This document shows, piece after piece, positions 8,767 through 16,778 of a DNA stretch of 34,810 nt. The DNA is from Candidatus Thorarchaeota archaeon. Lineage in GTDB: Archaea; Asgardarchaeota; Thorarchaeia; Thorarchaeales; Thorarchaeaceae. The translations under genes and the position numbers were made by a program. The DNA is taken from NCBI GenBank assembly GCA_048882045.1, contig JBHLRZ010000030.1, positions 1 through 34,810 of the forward strand. The letters are read 5' to 3'. The stretch's first letter is position 1; every line of letters starts with the position of its first letter. Below the pieces are notes generated by a model. It worked only from the letters and a program-made list of their open reading frames with translations. It was not told the DNA's origin and did no database searches.

Positions 8767-9715
8767 ACTTACCAAACTTGTACCACGAGACGGTGCGTTC
8801 CAGCCCAGTTTCAAGGGACACCATAGGAGTGAAATTGAGGAGCTTGGAAATTCTTTCAATATCCCCTATGCTGTCCCTGACATCTCCCAAGCGCGCAGGA
8901 CCATGAGTAATCTGGGACCTTGTATCTGCCACAAACTTCAGAACCATAGACGCCAGTTCAACGATGCTTATCGATTCACTACCAGAAACATTGAGAATGT
9001 GAAAGTCTGTTTCAGTAGATTGTCCTGCAAGTGTTGTTGCTTCTACAACATCGTCCACATGGATGAAGCTTCTTGTCTGTAGTCCGTCTCCATCAACGGT
9101 GATAGGCTGATCATTCATTGCTTGATCGATGAAGATTGGAATCACACCACTATACTCAGACAACTCCTGACGCGGGCCATAGACATTGAAATATCGTAGA
9201 ATAGTGGGTCTGATTCCGTATGTTTCTCCATATGCTATGCAATACATTTCTGCAGCCAATTTTGATGCTGCATAGGGACTAAGTGGATAGACCGGTGCGT
9301 CTTCAGTCACAGGCAAGCTTGCTGGGTTTCCGTAGACAGCAGCACTGGAGGTGTATACGAAATGTTTCGCTTTTTTCTCTCTAGCAATATCCAAGATATT
9401 GAGTGTCCCTTCAACATTGACACTATTTACTGCAAAAGGTGCTTGGACTGAGAGTTTCACAGACGATATCGCTGCAAGGTGATATATTGTGTCTATGTCA
9501 TCCCATATCTTGTCGCCCAGGTTGCGATCACAAACGTCCTCTTCCAAGAAAATGAAACTGCTCGACCTCATAGCGTCCGCAATGTTCTCAATGGCTCCGG
9601 TTCTCATGTTGTCGATACCAATGACCCTGTAACCCTGCTCCAACAATCTGTCGACAAGATGACTTCCGATGAACCCTGCTGCTCCTGTGACTAACACGGT
9701 CTTTATCATAATCAA
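8759..9715 (-). CDS. NAD-dependent nucleotide-sugar epimerase/dehydratase (extended SDR, GalE/WbpP-like)
   Basis: VLVTGAAGFIGSHL, SSAAVYG, YAASK catalytic motif and LRYFNVYGPRQ. Confidence 0.92.
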   Translation of the reverse strand: MIMIKTVLVTGAAGFIGSHLVDRLLEQGYRVIGIDNMRTGAIENIADAMRSSSFIFLEEDVCDRNLGDKIWDDIDTIYHLAAISSVKLSVQAPFAVNSVNVEGTLNILDIAREKKAKHFVYTSSAAVYGNPASLPVTEDAPVYPLSPYAASKLAAEMYCIAYGETYGIRPTILRYFNVYGPRQELSEYSGVIPIFIDQAMNDQPITVDGDGLQTRSFIHVDDVVEATTLAGQSTETDFHILNVSGSESISIVELASMVLKFVADTRSQITHGPARLGDVRDSIGDIERISKLLNFTPMVSLETGLERTVSWYKFGKSM

Positions 9716-9812
9716 TTCAGCAAGGCCATCGAGAGCTTGTTAACCTTTCTCATTTTCGAAGAACTGTAAAGCCTATAAAACAGGAAATCTGGTCAGGAGA
9801 TGAGTTGGTCAG

Positions 9813-10100
9813 TTGTATTTCGTCTACATCATTGAAACAGAGGATGAGACCTACTACACAGGAATGACGAATGACATCGCACGCAGGTTCCAAGAACACC
9901 TCTCTGGAGACTCAAAAGGTGCAGCATATCTCAAGATGCACAAACCATTGTACGTTGTCTACATGGCTGAGTGCAAGACTAGAGGAGATGCGATGCGCCT
10001 TGAGAACCGGCTCAAGAGGGACCACAAGTTCAAGATGGAATGTGTTGGTCCACGTCGTGACATCAGAGAGGTCATTGATTCTGAACTCAGCTATCGCTGA
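9813..10100 (+). CDS. GIY-YIG nuclease family protein (UPF0213-like)
   Basis: YFVYII...YYTGMTND..RRF.EH..G..GA.Y, followed by AMRLE.RLK. TTG start. Confidence 0.85.
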   Translation: MYFVYIIETEDETYYTGMTNDIARRFQEHLSGDSKGAAYLKMHKPLYVVYMAECKTRGDAMRLENRLKRDHKFKMECVGPRRDIREVIDSELSYR

Positions 10101-10148
10101 TGTGTCTCTCGAAGCTTTCATATCGAGGGCTGTTTTCGCTGTTCATCG

Positions 10149-11678
10149 GTGACACTATTGACAGAAATTGTTCTCGCAATAGACGCTGGCACTACTGGTG
10201 TCAGGTCTATGTTCTTTGACAAATCTGGTAAAGTCCTCGGAAGTGCATATGCTGAGTATACGAGTCATTACCCAAGTCCATCCTGGGTTGAACAAGATGC
10301 CGAGAGTTGGTGGATGCAGTCTTGTGAAACCATCAAAAAGGCGCTCTCGAAAACGGGACTTGATTCAGAGCGTGTCATCGGCATCAGTGTGACCAACCAG
10401 CGAGAAACAATAGTACCCGTCGGTCAGGATGGACAGCCCCTGCGGAGAGCTATCGTGTGGCAAGACCGTAGGACTGTTCCTCAGTGTGACTGGATAGAGA
10501 AAGAGATCACACAGGATGCTGTCTATTCGACCACAGGACTGACAGTCGATCCATACTTCTCTGCTCCAAAGATACTCTGGATCAAGGAGAATGAGCAGCA
10601 GATCTTTGAGAAAACCCACAAGTTTCTCCTTGTTCATGACTATCTGATTTATAGGCTGTCTGACGAGTTTGTCACCGATTACTCGAATGCCAGTCGAACA
10701 ATGCTCTTCGACATTCGAAAGGCTGACTGGTCTGACAAGATGACAGACGGATTTGGAATTGCAAGAGAGAAACTTCCATCCACAGTCGAATCAGGGAAGA
10801 AAGTTGGTGAGCTGACAGGGAGGGCGGCAAAAGCCACCGGACTGAAGGAAGGTACGTCCGTGATAGCTGGAGGCGGTGACCAACAGTGCGCTGCGCTTGG
10901 TGTAGGAGTGGTCAGAGAAGGCATGTTGAAGTCCACCACAGGAACTGGAACCTTCCTCCTGTCACACTCGAAGACCATTCGTCTGGACCCAGGGTTACGA
11001 GTTCTGTGCAGTCGACACGTTGTACCTGACTCCTTTGTCGTTGAGGCAAGCATGTTTACGACGGGTTCCGCCCTGAAATGGTTCAGGGACAACCTGGGTC
11101 TGGAAGAGGTCACTGCTGCAGATGAGAAAGGGGTCGACCCGTATGAGATACTCACTGAGGAAGCGAGTACAATTCCTCCTGGTTCTGAAGGTGTTATCCA
11201 CATTCCCCACTTTGTAGGTGCAGGAGCTCCCAACTGGAATCCACATGCACGTGGCATATTTGCAGGTCTAGCTCTGGGGCATACCCGTGCTCATATCATT
11301 CGGGCCATTCTCGAGGGTGTTTCTTATGAGATTCGAACAAACGTTGAGGTCATGCGAGAATTGGGTCTCCCCTCACGCGAGGTTCGTGTCACTGGCGGCG
11401 CTGCAAGGAGCGAAACCTGGATGCAGATACAAGCGAACGTTCTACGTACACCTGTCATCCGTACACAAATGGAGGAAGCAACTGCTGTAGGCGCAGCCAT
11501 TCTCGCATTCAAAGGTGTAGGTGTCTTCAGATCCGTCGCGCAAGCGGCAGAAGAAATGGTGTTGACCCTGATCCCTCTTCAGCCTACAAAGGAAACCTTG
11601 GATGTCTATCAGAGTGGTTACAACACATTCAAATCGCTCTACTCAGCAATCTCCGGAATACGATGGGAGGAACCCTAG
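10149..11678 (+). CDS. FGGY-family carbohydrate kinase (xylulokinase/glycerol kinase-like)
   Basis: IDAGTTGVR, ISVTNQRET, AIVWQDRRT, DYSNASRTMLFDI, GGGDQQCA and VTGGAARS..W.QIQANV. Confidence 0.92.
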   Translation: MTLLTEIVLAIDAGTTGVRSMFFDKSGKVLGSAYAEYTSHYPSPSWVEQDAESWWMQSCETIKKALSKTGLDSERVIGISVTNQRETIVPVGQDGQPLRRAIVWQDRRTVPQCDWIEKEITQDAVYSTTGLTVDPYFSAPKILWIKENEQQIFEKTHKFLLVHDYLIYRLSDEFVTDYSNASRTMLFDIRKADWSDKMTDGFGIAREKLPSTVESGKKVGELTGRAAKATGLKEGTSVIAGGGDQQCAALGVGVVREGMLKSTTGTGTFLLSHSKTIRLDPGLRVLCSRHVVPDSFVVEASMFTTGSALKWFRDNLGLEEVTAADEKGVDPYEILTEEASTIPPGSEGVIHIPHFVGAGAPNWNPHARGIFAGLALGHTRAHIIRAILEGVSYEIRTNVEVMRELGLPSREVRVTGGAARSETWMQIQANVLRTPVIRTQMEEATAVGAAILAFKGVGVFRSVAQAAEEMVLTLIPLQPTKETLDVYQSGYNTFKSLYSAISGIRWEEP

Positions 11679-12958
11679 TTCTGATAGATTGCAATCTTGT
11701 TCCCTTTGTCAATGACAGTGATTCTTACTGATGGGTCTTCTGCAATCCATTGGTCAATGACTGCCTGTGGATCATCAGCTTTCTCAAGGTGTGCATTCCT
11801 GACCGTCTTCTCATCCAGTTCAGTGTACAATCTCACCTTTGACACTCGCTTGAGCAACTCTGCAAACTTGTATGCTTTGTGCTCATACAAATGGTATTTC
11901 CCACTGATTGAAGTGATTACGTCATCCAGTGGTGCAGTCAGCTTATTGTAGAAATTCTCAATTGCCAGTTCTGGAGCAATTCCATCCCGACATTCTGCTA
12001 AGAAGAGTATCTCTCCTCCATCTTCAACAGCATTCTTCGTGAGTTCAATAGCTCTCTGGGCATGATAGAGGCTCTTGTCCTGAGGATATCCTCCAGGCGA
12101 AACAACTATGCGAGAAGTTGGTTTCACAGTGAAGCTTGCGATGTCATCTAGAATCTTCATACCTTCCGCAGTCACCGGCTCATGATTACCTGCACCTGCC
12201 CACACAAGTCTACGTCTTTCGGTGACCAAGGCCAGAAGGAAGATCTTTGAATCTTTGACAATCATCTCCATTGCTTCACGCATGTCGTCAGCAAGTGGAT
12301 TATCGCGTCTCGTTTTGTCAGGATGATATGGATGAATTCCGAATGTTGAGTTTGGATTCAGTGCCCAAGAGTGGTTCCCTTCAATTGTTGCGAATCCGCA
12401 CACTCCAGGGAGGAAGTTCTTCATTACATTAGAGTATCCGGCGAAGTAGTGTGCCTTCATGTCCGAACATGAAACATAGACATCATGACCAATGGCTGCA
12501 GATGATACGATTACAGGTGTTCCACGACTTGTCTTACCCAAGTCCACCATGTCAGTTGACTGACAGTCATTGATCAGGACATCGAAGTCTGACAGACTTA
12601 TGGCTGCTGTCCCCTTGATCATATCTACAATCTCGAGGTTTCCAGGGTGATTGACTTCATGCGATCCTGTAGTGATGATGAACTGTACTCTGTCTGCTCC
12701 AGCTAGTCTTGGTACAATACCTGCTACCATTTCCTTGTGTGGGGCATCACGAGTATGGTCTTCAACCAGAACACATACGCTTTTACCCTCGACTATCTCT
12801 GATAGTTTTGGTCCGATTGGACTGTCCAAAGCCTTATTGATACCGTGTAGAACATCTGAAGAAGAATCAGTAGGCTTTGGCTCAATCACTCCAGCCAGGT
12901 TCTCCTCAGGAATATTGAGCAGTACCCATCCTTCTCCATAGGTCACATCGACTTCCAA
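11675..12958 (-). CDS. LarA family nickel-pincer-dependent alpha-hydroxyacid racemase/epimerase
   Basis: ED.TR, TGSH, GKTSRGTPV, AHYFAGYS..KNFLPGV, NHS, SPGGYPQD.SLYHA and AECRDG are LarA/DUF2088 motifs. Substrate is not determinable. Confidence 0.88.
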   Translation of the reverse strand: MEVDVTYGEGWVLLNIPEENLAGVIEPKPTDSSSDVLHGINKALDSPIGPKLSEIVEGKSVCVLVEDHTRDAPHKEMVAGIVPRLAGADRVQFIITTGSHEVNHPGNLEIVDMIKGTAAISLSDFDVLINDCQSTDMVDLGKTSRGTPVIVSSAAIGHDVYVSCSDMKAHYFAGYSNVMKNFLPGVCGFATIEGNHSWALNPNSTFGIHPYHPDKTRRDNPLADDMREAMEMIVKDSKIFLLALVTERRRLVWAGAGNHEPVTAEGMKILDDIASFTVKPTSRIVVSPGGYPQDKSLYHAQRAIELTKNAVEDGGEILFLAECRDGIAPELAIENFYNKLTAPLDDVITSISGKYHLYEHKAYKFAELLKRVSKVRLYTELDEKTVRNAHLEKADDPQAVIDQWIAEDPSVRITVIDKGNKIAIYQN

Positions 12959-13064
12959 TGGTTTGTCCTCCTGTTAATCGGTTTTCAAACATTCAAAAAC
13001 GTTGACCATGATGCACCTTTATTCTTACCAAAACAGATATTGCGACTGGGGAATGGGATGATTC

Positions 13065-13406
13065 ATGAGTTCGTCAGATAGCGCATCAAGCACATACGGT
13101 GGAATGGGGAGATGGATTGCTGTGGCTTCTGAACTCCCCTGTGCTGTCATCGCACTGTTGATGGCTGGACAGATAGTAGGACAGTCTGTGTGGGGTCCAG
13201 CGGGAGGTACATGGGGGGCGATCATCGGTGCCTTTGTTGGTTTTGCATTCGGTGCATACAGTGTCTATCTGACAATAGGGTATTTTGATAGGCTTGATCA
13301 GAGTTCTCAGCAGCCTCGGACCTATATGCCTCCAATGGAAGAAATCCTAGAGGATGTAGTCTTCGACCTAGAATCCACTGAAACAGAATCATATGAGGAA
13401 GAGTGA
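13065..13406 (+). CDS. Small 2-TM protein resembling the AtpZ/AtpI ('ATPase gene 1') family, with acidic C-terminal tail
   Basis: ASELPCAVIALLMAGQIVG..VWG....GAIIGAFVGFAFGAYSVY matches the EL......G...G.....G...G..G hairpin pattern; located near ATPase genes. Confidence 0.55.
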   Translation: MSSSDSASSTYGGMGRWIAVASELPCAVIALLMAGQIVGQSVWGPAGGTWGAIIGAFVGFAFGAYSVYLTIGYFDRLDQSSQQPRTYMPPMEEILEDVVFDLESTETESYEEE

Positions 13407-13411
13407 AAAAA

Positions 13412-13978
13412 TCACTCAAGGAACTCGGAATCGTCCGCATCCAAGACTTCGACAATCACCTTAGTCGCACTTCGTCCAACGCCCCCAATGATCAATTGAA
13501 CCAGCAGGGCGATGAAGAAAGCTCCAAGTGCAATCCCGAAAATCCTCATGGACAAGGAACCGAGACTTGCAGCCCATGGTGCCAAGTACATGGTGTCTAA
13601 GAGGTACCACACGTAGATACCTGTGATTCCCATAAGAGCAACCAGAAGAGCGTATACCGCAACCACAGCCTTAACTCGCGGAGTGTCCATTCTGACTTCT
13701 TCAATTCCCGGTCCTACGACAGCATCTCCAATTCGCCTTGAAAAACGAATGAACACGCTCATCGCAGCGAGAAAGATCAGTAATGCAATGATCCCTGTTA
13801 TCAGTAGCACAAGGATCTGTAGCTGCTCACCCAATGCAAAGAAGATGTCCCCTACAGTGTAGGCTGCAATCGTCGCAATCATAACAATGACAGAAATGAT
13901 TTGGATGACGAATGTGACAGTCGCTGAGCTTCTGAACAGACTTCCAAGATTGATATAATCATCACTAGACGCTGCCAT
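13412..13978 (-). CDS. Uncharacterised 4-TM membrane protein
   Basis: Four long hydrophobic segments and an acidic C-terminus. Likely start is ATG at 13978; divergent from ATPase subunit C. Confidence 0.7.
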   Translation of the reverse strand: MAASSDDYINLGSLFRSSATVTFVIQIISVIVMIATIAAYTVGDIFFALGEQLQILVLLITGIIALLIFLAAMSVFIRFSRRIGDAVVGPGIEEVRMDTPRVKAVVAVYALLVALMGITGIYVWYLLDTMYLAPWAASLGSLSMRIFGIALGAFFIALLVQLIIGGVGRSATKVIVEVLDADDSEFLE

Positions 13979-14121
13979 ATTGACCAACATTTCGGATGTA
14001 GGCTGCTTGTTATTTGAATTCTTCTACTCAAGCTTGAACAACTCTGCGACTTCGTCAAGCTTATATCGGGTCTAGCCGCCCAGATTTTAGTCCTCATCAG
14101 ATAGAGAAGAGGCAGAAAATC

Positions 14122-15186
14122 ATGATGGCGTCCAGAGCTGCAAACGAGTATGGCTTTGTCAATGCAAGGATACGAGGTATGAAGTCTCGATTCCTCTCAG
14201 TTGGCACCTATGAGAGCCTGCTTCAGAGTAAGAGCTATGAGGACTTCATCAAGATTCTCTCAAGTACCTACTATGGACAGGTCATAAGTAGAGAATCAAC
14301 AACTTCAATCCCAACTCCTGAGGATCTCGCACTGATTCTCTCAAAGGATTTTGCTGATGTCAGTACAAATCTTTCAAGGTCCATCACAGGAAAGGTCCAA
14401 GCTTTCACGAAGACCTACCTCGAGATGTTTCTGGCTGAGAGCGTCAAGTCAATCATTCGTGGAGTCCACGTTGGTCTGGACAGAGATGAGATACTTAGAT
14501 TCGCAGTACCTCTATCCCCTCAACAGGCTGACCAGTTCTCACTCCTTGTTGATTCAGGGTCTGTGAGTAAACTGATTGAATTGATTCCCTATCGTGACAT
14601 GAAAGTGGCACTTCTCACTAAGCTTCCAAAGTATGAAGACTATGACTCAACAGCGCCTCTCGATGTTGCCCTTGAGGAGTGGTATCTCAAGAAAGTTCTG
14701 AACGCACTCAATGAGTTCTCGAAGAAGGACCAGGAACGAGTCATGGATGTACTTGTAACTAGAGTCACACTCCGAAATGTTCTGACAATGCTACGAGCAT
14801 TGATTCTTCAGATGGATAGTGACGCTATTGAACAGTCCCTGATTCGGTTCAAACCGACCCGTCAGCTCACAGAGTCTATCAAAACGGCAAGTACTTGGAG
14901 AGAGGTTTTCACACGGCTTGATGCTACACGCTTTTCAGAGCTTAGCGGAAGACTTGCTAGGCTATATGATGAACACGAGGACCTCTCGCAGGTCGAACTG
15001 TCAATCGAAGACTATATTGCTCAGCGTGTCAAGCTCCAGCTCACAGCTTTCCCGTTCCATCTAGGTACTCTGACGGGATTCTTCAATCTCAAGTTCTATG
15101 AGATTCGAAACATCCGTTCGATTGCTGTAGGGATTGAGAGAAGGGAGCCTGCTGACGACATACGAAGAATGATCACTATCTGGTGA
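14122..15186 (+). CDS. atpC: A/V-type ATP synthase subunit C (V0 d homolog)
   Basis: YGFVNARIRGMKSRFL at the N-terminus and KFYEIRNIRSIAVGI at the C-terminus. Confidence 0.93.
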   Translation: MMASRAANEYGFVNARIRGMKSRFLSVGTYESLLQSKSYEDFIKILSSTYYGQVISRESTTSIPTPEDLALILSKDFADVSTNLSRSITGKVQAFTKTYLEMFLAESVKSIIRGVHVGLDRDEILRFAVPLSPQQADQFSLLVDSGSVSKLIELIPYRDMKVALLTKLPKYEDYDSTAPLDVALEEWYLKKVLNALNEFSKKDQERVMDVLVTRVTLRNVLTMLRALILQMDSDAIEQSLIRFKPTRQLTESIKTASTWREVFTRLDATRFSELSGRLARLYDEHEDLSQVELSIEDYIAQRVKLQLTAFPFHLGTLTGFFNLKFYEIRNIRSIAVGIERREPADDIRRMITIW

Positions 15187-15205
15187 GATTGGAGGAAACG
15201 ATCAC

Positions 15206-15589
15206 ATGAAACTCGATAATAGAATCACAAGTCTGGTCATGTTGCTTATTGGAGTAGTTCTACTAACCCTGGCATTAACTATGGCCAATGCCTTGATAGC
15301 AGCGAAAGCACCCGCCGGTCCTGGATTTATACTCGCACAAGTAACAGATGGTGCAGGAATGGCTATCCTAGGTCTTGCTATTGGTGCAGGTCTGGCACTT
15401 GGTCTGGCTGGTGTTGGTGCAGCCATTGGAATGGGTACTGCCTCGGCGGCAGCACTTGGTGCAATCACTGAGAAACCAGAAACCTTTGGAAAGAGTATCC
15501 TATACGTAGTGTTCATAGAAGCAGTTGCTATTTACGGATTCGTAATTGCATTCCTTCTTGTAGGTTTAATGCAAACCCTGATTGGTTAA
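15206..15589 (+). CDS. atpK: A/V-type ATP synthase proteolipid subunit K (c), single hairpin with N-terminal extension
   Basis: GAGLALGLAGVGAAIGMG, ITEKPETFGK and FIEAVAIYG with the essential Glu. Confidence 0.95.
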   Translation: MKLDNRITSLVMLLIGVVLLTLALTMANALIAAKAPAGPGFILAQVTDGAGMAILGLAIGAGLALGLAGVGAAIGMGTASAAALGAITEKPETFGKSILYVVFIEAVAIYGFVIAFLLVGLMQTLIG

Positions 15590-15629
15590 AGAATCAGGCA
15601 GCATAGTAGACGTGGTCTTCCTCCACGCT

Positions 15630-16262
15630 CTACTCTTTCTCTTTCTTTTCACTACTAAAGAGGATTTCAGAAATCTTGTCTCTTATTGCGCTCTCAAGTC
15701 TTTCAAAGCGAGCCTCGAAAGTGTTGTCGACCCATCTGGTATTGTCTTTGTTTCTGACAATAACCCCGCCAGTTGCTCGAACTGCGTCCTTTGCTACGCT
15801 GATATTCACTTTCTTCCCGATGTTCTTTGAAACTGCATCTTCGACAGTCTTGACAGTGATGTGAGAAGCGTGACCCTTGGGGAGAACAATTTCTAGATCT
15901 GTTTCTTCCAAAGAACTCGCGGCATCGATTGCGAGGCTCTCGAGGGTCTTTGAATATGCTTTCTTCCCCACCATGTCCTCAAGGTTCTTTTGTGCTGATG
16001 TGAGAATCTCGTCAATCAATTCCTCTTTAGCTTCTAGCATCTTGTATTTCGATTTCAGTTTTGCACTAGCTTCATATCTGCCAATCTCAGCCTTGGTTTC
16101 AGCTTCGGCCTTTGCAGTGATGGAGTCAGCTATCTCTTTAGCTCTCTTCTCTGCTTCGTTGAGTTTCTGTTCCTTATGCCTCTCAGCCTCATCGAGTATT
16201 TCTTTCTCTTTCTCGGTTGTCTTTGTGTTGATCATCTCAATGATACTATCTAATCCACTCAT
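15630..16262 (-). CDS. atpE: A/V-type ATP synthase subunit E
   Basis: MSGLDSIIE, an N-terminal coiled coil and C-terminal GGVIVR...VDNTFEARFE...I...LF. Confidence 0.93.
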   Translation of the reverse strand: MSGLDSIIEMINTKTTEKEKEILDEAERHKEQKLNEAEKRAKEIADSITAKAEAETKAEIGRYEASAKLKSKYKMLEAKEELIDEILTSAQKNLEDMVGKKAYSKTLESLAIDAASSLEETDLEIVLPKGHASHITVKTVEDAVSKNIGKKVNISVAKDAVRATGGVIVRNKDNTRWVDNTFEARFERLESAIRDKISEILFSSEKKEKE

Positions 16263-16266
16263 TGTT

Positions 16267-16590
16267 CTATTTCTCCCCCAACAACATCTTCAGGACAGAT
16301 TCGTAAGCTTGATCTCTTTTCTTCTTGGCTGACGACTGAATCTCTTTGATTTGTTGATCAGTAGTCTTTAAGATTGATGATTCGATCTCAACTTTTTTGC
16401 TCTCTATCTCCGAGAGCATTCTGGTTGCATTGTCCTTAGCCTCACGCTGGGCTTTCTCAACAACCATCTTTGCCTCTTCATCTGCCTGGTCGTGAATCTT
16501 CCGTGCTTTCTTTTCGGCCTTCTCAATCCTGTCTCGAGCGGCGCTCTCTGCTTCGTGAATCTCGTCAATCTCGTCGTGAGCTGAACTCAT
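16267..16590 (-). CDS. A/V-type ATP synthase subunit H (G homolog), peripheral stalk
   Basis: About 107-aa charged coiled coil (IDEIHEAESAARDRIEKAEKKA...) immediately upstream of subunit E. Start at ATG 16590 or 16596. Confidence 0.8.
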   Translation of the reverse strand: MSSAHDEIDEIHEAESAARDRIEKAEKKARKIHDQADEEAKMVVEKAQREAKDNATRMLSEIESKKVEIESSILKTTDQQIKEIQSSAKKKRDQAYESVLKMLLGEK

Positions 16591-16778
16591 AGGCATTCCT
16601 CTAGTTCCGACAGTACTGCTGCACAATTATATCTCCTTGATAAACATTGACTTTTGAAAAAGTTCGCGGGATACAATTCGCAAAGGTTATGTAGGGCATC
16701 GCAGGCACTCGTAGCTTACACGAATCAGCGGAGCACATAGTTTCTTGTGCTTCTGAATGGGTTCATGGTGGTGTCTCG

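Noticed and set aside
9813-10100. GIY-YIG protein as a homing endonuclease or mobile element
   Set aside because: It is a short stand-alone UPF0213-type domain with no intron or intein context, DNA-binding extension or terminal repeats.
10679-11257. Long antisense ORFs (for example 10679-11257, 15877-16332, 23839-24342, 31732-32253)
   Set aside because: They overlap well-supported genes on the opposite strand and have no recognisable motifs.
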